Virus record (IMG/VR): IMGVR_UViG_2713896737_000030
Length of the DNA: 9,825 nt
Reading direction: 5' to 3' (one strand)
Origin: a virus
Lineage: Duplodnaviria; Heunggongvirae; Uroviricota; Caudoviricetes
The position numbers were made by a program, and so were the translations under genes. Below, one piece after another: positions 6,641 to 9,825 of the stretch. Numbering within the stretch: the stretch's first letter is position 1; every line of letters starts with the position of its first letter. The notes under the pieces are model-generated. The model was given only the letters and a program-made list of their open reading frames with translations, did not search any database and had not been told where the DNA came from.

Positions 6641-6865
6641 ATGCCGATGAAATTTGATGAGATATTAAAACAGCGTGATAAATACCATGCTGACAACATG
6701 GAGACGATGAGCATCAATGATTACCGCGCATTCCTGGAGACGGGCGCACTGATTGAAAAGGATCAGCATGGTTTTGTGAGATGTGCTCTATCCGGTGAAA
6801 TGCTGGCGGTAAATCCTGAACAGATAGATGCATTGATAGAATTTCTGAAAGAGATCAGAGACTGA
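6641..6865 (+). CDS. Hypothetical small protein (74 aa), a stand-alone gene bounded by terminators
   Basis: AGAGGA SD 8 nt upstream of the ATG. Flanked by terminators at 6521-6544 and 6885-6907. Confidence 0.6.
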   Translation: MPMKFDEILKQRDKYHADNMETMSINDYRAFLETGALIEKDQHGFVRCALSGEMLAVNPEQIDALIEFLKEIRD

Positions 6866-6884
6866 GCCAGCACACAGCACACAT

Positions 6885-6907
6885 AGCCGGAGCAATCCGG
6901 CTTTTTT
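6885..6907 (+). terminator. Rho-independent terminator (copy 2 of the repeated hairpin)
   Basis: GCCGGA-GCAA-TCCGGC followed by 6 Ts. Confidence 0.75.
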
Positions 6908-6913
6908 GCGCCC

Positions 6914-6955
6914 AAAAAAAGCCCGATAAGGTCAGAGGGTTCTTATCGGGCTTTT
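6914..6955. terminator. Bidirectional terminator-like hairpin (10-bp stem GCCCGATAAG / CTTATCGGGC, A7 upstream, T4 downstream)
   Basis: Perfect 10-bp inverted repeat at 6921-6930 / 6942-6951 with an 11-nt loop. The A-run at 6914-6920 gives a 7-U tract when read on the minus strand. Confidence 0.6.
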
Positions 6956-7032
6956 GCATATGAGGTTTTTGGATGCACTGGCGTTCGTGATCGGGATAAT
7001 CATTTCATAATTTGCAACATAACTCAATATCA

Positions 7033-7062
7033 TTGCATAAAATGCAATTCTGATTATAATCA
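7033..7062 (+). promoter_or_regulatory. Candidate promoter for the head-gene operon: consensus TATAAT at 7055-7060 inside the 12-bp palindrome TGATTATAATCA (7051-7062); upstream inverted repeat TTGCA-N5-TGCAA (7033-7047)
   Basis: Read directly. AT-rich region between the bidirectional terminator and the first gene of the capsid operon. Which -35 hexamer is used is unclear. Confidence 0.35.
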
Positions 7063-7116
7063 GGACTGGATAAACATCCAGTTATGATTTTTTTAGTCGA
7101 AGAGGAATTTCTTACT

Positions 7117-7323
7117 ATGGCTGAAGAGAAAAAAAGCGGTGTTTCGGTGTACATAAGCCCCGAAATCGTGGAGGTGCTCAAGCAGCGCCACAAAAAAAAC
7201 TATGAAGCTGGCGTTGCGGCTGGACTGGATCCGCTGATGACGCCGGAGCCGTCGATAGGTTCACTTGTACGCTCTTATTTACTTGCGGCGCTTGGGATGC
7301 ATAAAAATTATGGGGGTGAATAA
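7117..7323 (+). CDS. Hypothetical small protein (68 aa; alternative start 7084), translationally coupled to the capsid gene
   Basis: AGAGGA about 10 nt upstream of ATG 7117. Stop TAA overlaps the capsid gene ATG (TAATG at 7321-7325). Confidence 0.5.
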   Translation: MAEEKKSGVSVYISPEIVEVLKQRHKKNYEAGVAAGLDPLMTPEPSIGSLVRSYLLAALGMHKNYGGE

Positions 7324-8378
7324 TGGCAGGCAAAGCAACGGCACTTAACACTAACCAGCTTTTCATGTACCTGAATCGCGGGGATATTGCGGATTTTAAA
7401 TTCAGCCCTCTGTTTACCACGCTGTTTTTCCCGAACGTGGCGACATTCAGCACGCAAAACATCATGCTGGATACCCTGGACATTGAAGAAGTCACCATGT
7501 CGGCGTTTTGTTCGCCTATGGTGGGTAGCCAGGTTCAGCGCGATAAAGGGTACGAAACCAGCACAATCAAACCTGGCTACATGAAGCCAAAGCACGAAAT
7601 CGATCCAACGAAAACCATCATGCGCATGGCTGGAGAAGATCCGGCACAGCTTAACGACCCTACCTATCGCCGTATGCGCCTGATTACTGGCAACATGCGC
7701 CGCCAGATAAACGCCATTAAGGCACGCGTGGAATGGCTGGCGGTGAATGCGGTAACGACCGGAAAAAACATCATTGAGGGCGAAGGCATAGAACGCTATG
7801 AAATCGACTGGAAAATACCGGAAAACTGCATCATAGAGCAGGCCAAGGGTAAAAAATGGTCCGAGCAGGATAAAGACATGCACGACCCAATCTATGACAT
7901 CGAGCTTTATGCTGATCAGGCTGGTTGCCCCGCAAACGTCATGATTATGGGCGCTGAGGTATGGCGCACATTACGCAGCTTTAAAAAATTCCGTGAGCTG
8001 TACGATCTTTCCCGTGGTTCAGAATCCGCCGCCGAACTGGCCTGTAAAAACCTGGGCGAAGTGGTGAGCTTTAAAGGCTATCTTGGTGATCTGGCCCTTA
8101 TCGTCTATTCCGGCAAATACACTGACAGCGATGGTACCGAAAAATATTTCCTTGAGCCTGATTTGCTGGTCCTAGGTAACACCAACAATAAAGGGCTGGT
8201 GGCCTATGGTGCGATAATGGATCAGGAAGCGGTAAGAACGGGCGCAACACAAAACATGTTTTACCCGAAAAACTGGATTGAGGACGGCGATCCGGCGATT
8301 GAGTACGTGCAGACACACAGTGCACCGCAGCCGGTACCGGCAGATATTCGCAAATTTGTTACCGTCAAAATTGGTTAA
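7323..8378 (+). CDS. Major capsid protein, phage lambda gpE-like family (351 aa)
   Basis: Several conserved blocks match lambda gpE as recalled: FKFSPLFTTLFF vs FKFDPLFLRLFF; PGYMKPKHEIDP vs PGYVKPKHEVNP; DPTYRRMRLI vs DPAYRRRRII; YPKNWIEDGDPAIEYVQTHSAP vs YPKNWVTTGDPAREFTMIQSAP. Length is similar (351 vs 341 aa). Strong SD (GGGGGTG). Confidence 0.85.
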   Translation: MAGKATALNTNQLFMYLNRGDIADFKFSPLFTTLFFPNVATFSTQNIMLDTLDIEEVTMSAFCSPMVGSQVQRDKGYETSTIKPGYMKPKHEIDPTKTIMRMAGEDPAQLNDPTYRRMRLITGNMRRQINAIKARVEWLAVNAVTTGKNIIEGEGIERYEIDWKIPENCIIEQAKGKKWSEQDKDMHDPIYDIELYADQAGCPANVMIMGAEVWRTLRSFKKFRELYDLSRGSESAAELACKNLGEVVSFKGYLGDLALIVYSGKYTDSDGTEKYFLEPDLLVLGNTNNKGLVAYGAIMDQEAVRTGATQNMFYPKNWIEDGDPAIEYVQTHSAPQPVPADIRKFVTVKIG

Positions 8379-8390
8379 CGGGGGGATTCT

Positions 8391-8726
8391 ATGGACACTC
8401 CATACATTGAGTTATTTGCAGGCAGTCAGCAGGTATCCACGACGTTGGTACATTTTGCCGCTGATGCTGGCGTTATTCAGGAATTTACCCCGCTGATGCT
8501 GGCAGACAATGGCGAGTTTAAGCCGTGGGATGGTCAGGAATCTGGCAAGGCTGTTTATCTGACCTCGTACCCTGTGGACACGTCAAAGCAGAAATCAGCA
8601 CAGTGTTACAAGACGGGGATATTCAATATTGCCGCCGTTAACTGGCCTGAGAGCGTCGACACCGATGCGAAAAAATGCGCCGCCTTTGCGGGTTCCGGCG
8701 TATCCGTTCAGCCGCTGGCCCGATAA
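8391..8726 (+). CDS. Head decoration protein, phage lambda gpD-like (111 aa)
   Basis: TPLMLADNGEFKPWDG vs lambda D TPLMLDTSSRKLVAWDG; CYKTGIFNIAAVNWPESVDTDAKKCAAFAGSGVSVQ vs [36 protein letters not shown]. Length 111 vs 110 aa. Confidence 0.8.
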   Translation: MDTPYIELFAGSQQVSTTLVHFAADAGVIQEFTPLMLADNGEFKPWDGQESGKAVYLTSYPVDTSKQKSAQCYKTGIFNIAAVNWPESVDTDAKKCAAFAGSGVSVQPLAR

Positions 8727-8738
8727 GCAGGGGGAACG

Positions 8739-9152
8739 ATGGCAACGAATGAAAGCATCATGACGCTACCGCTGGCGAGTAAATTTAAAGTCGAAGCGCG
8801 GGCAATGGCTGACAGAGGTTTATCAACCTATGAGGCCGTATATCAACTAAACAAACTGGAAGAGCAGGACAAGCCGTGCGCTGATGCGATTATGGCGCTT
8901 CATGAGCATAAAGACTATCAGCCGCTGTTGCGTGCAATGGCAAACGTGCCTTGTATCGATGTTGGTACGGCTAAAAGCATCCTTAGCATGACCATAGAGC
9001 AGGAACGTCCGAAGGTTGCGCCGGAACTTACCGCAGCCTTTGAAAACTTTATGGACATGCACAGCCCGCAAGCCGTATCAGCTGGCATGGCATACGATGG
9101 CAGAAACCAGGGCGATGACGGCGACATCGATCGCATACTGAAAACCATCTGA
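8739..9152 (+). CDS. Hypothetical protein (137 aa) between the decoration gene and the cos site
   Basis: ORF with a CAGGGGGA SD and a terminator just downstream. No recognisable motif; its position suggests a head or packaging accessory role. Confidence 0.7.
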   Translation: MATNESIMTLPLASKFKVEARAMADRGLSTYEAVYQLNKLEEQDKPCADAIMALHEHKDYQPLLRAMANVPCIDVGTAKSILSMTIEQERPKVAPELTAAFENFMDMHSPQAVSAGMAYDGRNQGDDGDIDRILKTI

Positions 9153-9157
9153 GACAA

Positions 9158-9180
9158 GGCCGGAGAAATCCGGCTTTTTT
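9158..9180 (+). terminator. Rho-independent terminator (copy 3 of the repeated hairpin)
   Basis: GCCGGA-GAAA-TCCGGC followed by 6 Ts, 6 nt after the stop of the 137-aa gene. Confidence 0.75.
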
Positions 9181-9204
9181 ACGGGTCCTTCCTGGAATTA
9201 TGGC

Positions 9205-9245
9205 CCGTTACGGGGCGGCGACCTCGCGGATTTTCGCTATTTATG
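9205..9245. other. Lambda-type cos site: the 12-nt sequence at 9213-9224 (GGGCGGCGACCT) matches the lambda cohesive end (cosN), with lambda-like flanks
   Basis: Window sequence GTTACGGGGCGGCGACCTCGCGGATTTTCGCTATTTATGAGCCTTTTCAGG compared with the lambda left end as recalled, GGGCGGCGACCTCGCGGGTTTTCGCTATTTATGAAAATTTTCCGG. The match is near-identical through CGCTATTTATGA and diverges thereafter, where lambda cosB lies. Sits about 135 bp upstream of a Nu1-like gene, as in lambda. Confidence 0.75.
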
Positions 9246-9318
9246 AGCCTTTTCAGGGTGGTGGTGGTGGTTTTGTTGTTTGATCTATCTTTATGAATGA
9301 AAAGGGAAAGATGCAAGC

Positions 9319-9356
9319 AATACACCAACCTGAAGCAGTAATTAAGTTGGTGTATT
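9319..9356. promoter_or_regulatory. 11-bp perfect inverted repeat AATACACCAAC / GTTGGTGTATT with a 16-nt loop, abutting the terS-like start codon
   Basis: Read directly (9319-9329 and 9346-9356). Candidate protein-binding site in the cosB-equivalent region, or an mRNA structure affecting translation initiation. Confidence 0.4.
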
Positions 9357-9357
9357 A

Positions 9358-9702
9358 ATGAAATCTCATCTGATGAACAAAAAAAACATGGCGAAAAGCT
9401 GCCGTGTAAGTGCGACAGCGTTCGACAAGTGGGGAGTAACTCCCGTTGAGCGTAAAGGCCGTGAGGCGTTTTATGATGTTGCCAGCGTGATAGAAAATAG
9501 GGTTAACAATGCAATTAGCCAGCTTATAAACGACAAAGGCGAGATTGACGATGATGAACTTTTACGAGTCAGGATCAGATTACTGACAGCACAGGCAGAG
9601 GCGCAGGAACTTAAAAACGATCGCGGTGACGTGATTGATACTGAGTTTTGCCTGTACGCGCTTTCAAAGCTGGCGAGTCAGATTTCATCAATCATGGACT
9701 GA
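9358..9702 (+). CDS. Terminase small subunit, lambda Nu1-like (PICI Rpp-like); 114 aa, apparently truncated at the 3' end by an IS insertion
   Basis: LTAQAEAQELKNDRGDVIDTEFCLYALSKLASQISSIMD matches lambda Nu1 [42 protein letters not shown]. N-terminal region resembles the Nu1 winged-HTH region. Nu1 is 181 aa; here the reading frame ends with a TGA that is the first three bases of the IS (9700-9702). The exact start is uncertain (ATGs at 9358, 9373, 9388; none has a good SD). Confidence 0.75.
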   Translation: MKSHLMNKKNMAKSCRVSATAFDKWGVTPVERKGREAFYDVASVIENRVNNAISQLINDKGEIDDDELLRVRIRLLTAQAEAQELKNDRGDVIDTEFCLYALSKLASQISSIMD

Positions 9703-9825
9703 ACCGCCCCGGAAATCCTGGAGACTAAACTCCCTGAGAAAGAGGTAAACAGGATGACTAAAAATACTCGTTTTTCCCCCGAAGTCCGTCAGCGGGCGAT
9801 TCGTATGGTTCTGGAAAGTCAGGAT
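9700..9825 (+). mobile_element. IS3-family insertion sequence (IS629/IS1203-like left end), partial; continues beyond the window
   Basis: Left terminus TGAACCGCCCCGGAAATCCTGGAGACTAAACTCCCTGAGAAAGAGGTAAACAGG followed by the OrfA start. The terminal sequence and OrfA N-terminus match IS3-group elements as recalled. Confidence 0.75.
9754..9825 (+). CDS. IS3-family transposase OrfA (HTH subunit), N-terminal 24 codons; partial, runs off the window
   Basis: MTKNTRFSPEVRQRAIRMVLESQD matches the conserved N-terminus of IS629-like OrfA (MTKNTRFSPEVRQRAVRMVLESQ...). SD GAGAAAGAGG upstream. Confidence 0.8.
   Translation, partial: MTKNTRFSPEVRQRAIRMVLESQD

Noticed and set aside
7308-7883. 191-aa minus-strand ORF antisense to the major capsid gene
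   Set aside because: Overlaps a CDS with strong homology support on the opposite strand; no SD; shadow ORF.
9293-9358. 21-codon upstream ORF (MNEKGKMQAIHQPEAVIKLVY) overlapping the terS-like start as TAATG
   Set aside because: No SD, and too short to support as a gene from sequence alone. Kept only as a possible translational-coupling element within the cosB-region finding.
1-9825. tRNA gene or att site expected next to a P4-type integrase
   Set aside because: No tRNA-like sequence was recognised in the window. The integrase starts at base 1, so the attachment site and any tRNA most likely lie upstream of the window.

Overview
This window reads as the left ~10 kb of an enterobacterial phage satellite or phage-inducible chromosomal island (PICI-like), with almost all genes on the + strand. 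In order: a P4-type tyrosine integrase (1-1230), an AlpA-family regulator (1595-1783), a small divergent minus-strand module (Arc-like RHH protein plus a 57-aa basic protein, 2053-2457) with palindromic operator-like repeats, a run of translationally coupled small unknown genes (2588-3975) leading into a RepA/RecA-fold replication ATPase (3972-5372), an iteron array that is a candidate origin (5372-5563), SSB-like and PerC-like genes, then a head/packaging module. That module holds a lambda E-like major capsid protein (7323-8378), a lambda D-like decoration protein (8391-8726), an unknown 137-aa gene, a lambda-type cos site (cohesive-end sequence at 9213-9224) and a Nu1-like small terminase gene whose 3' end is cut by an IS3-family insertion (IS end at 9700, OrfA start 9754). 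The candidates most worth follow-up are the island-encoded capsid proteins with a helper-type cos site, and the divergent RHH module between alpA and the replication genes. I found no rRNA, tRNA or CRISPR array. All protein identifications rest on motif-level recollection of reference proteins (lambda E, D, Nu1, E. coli SSB, Arc, AlpA, PerC, IS629-like OrfA); no database search was possible, and several small-gene start codons are uncertain.
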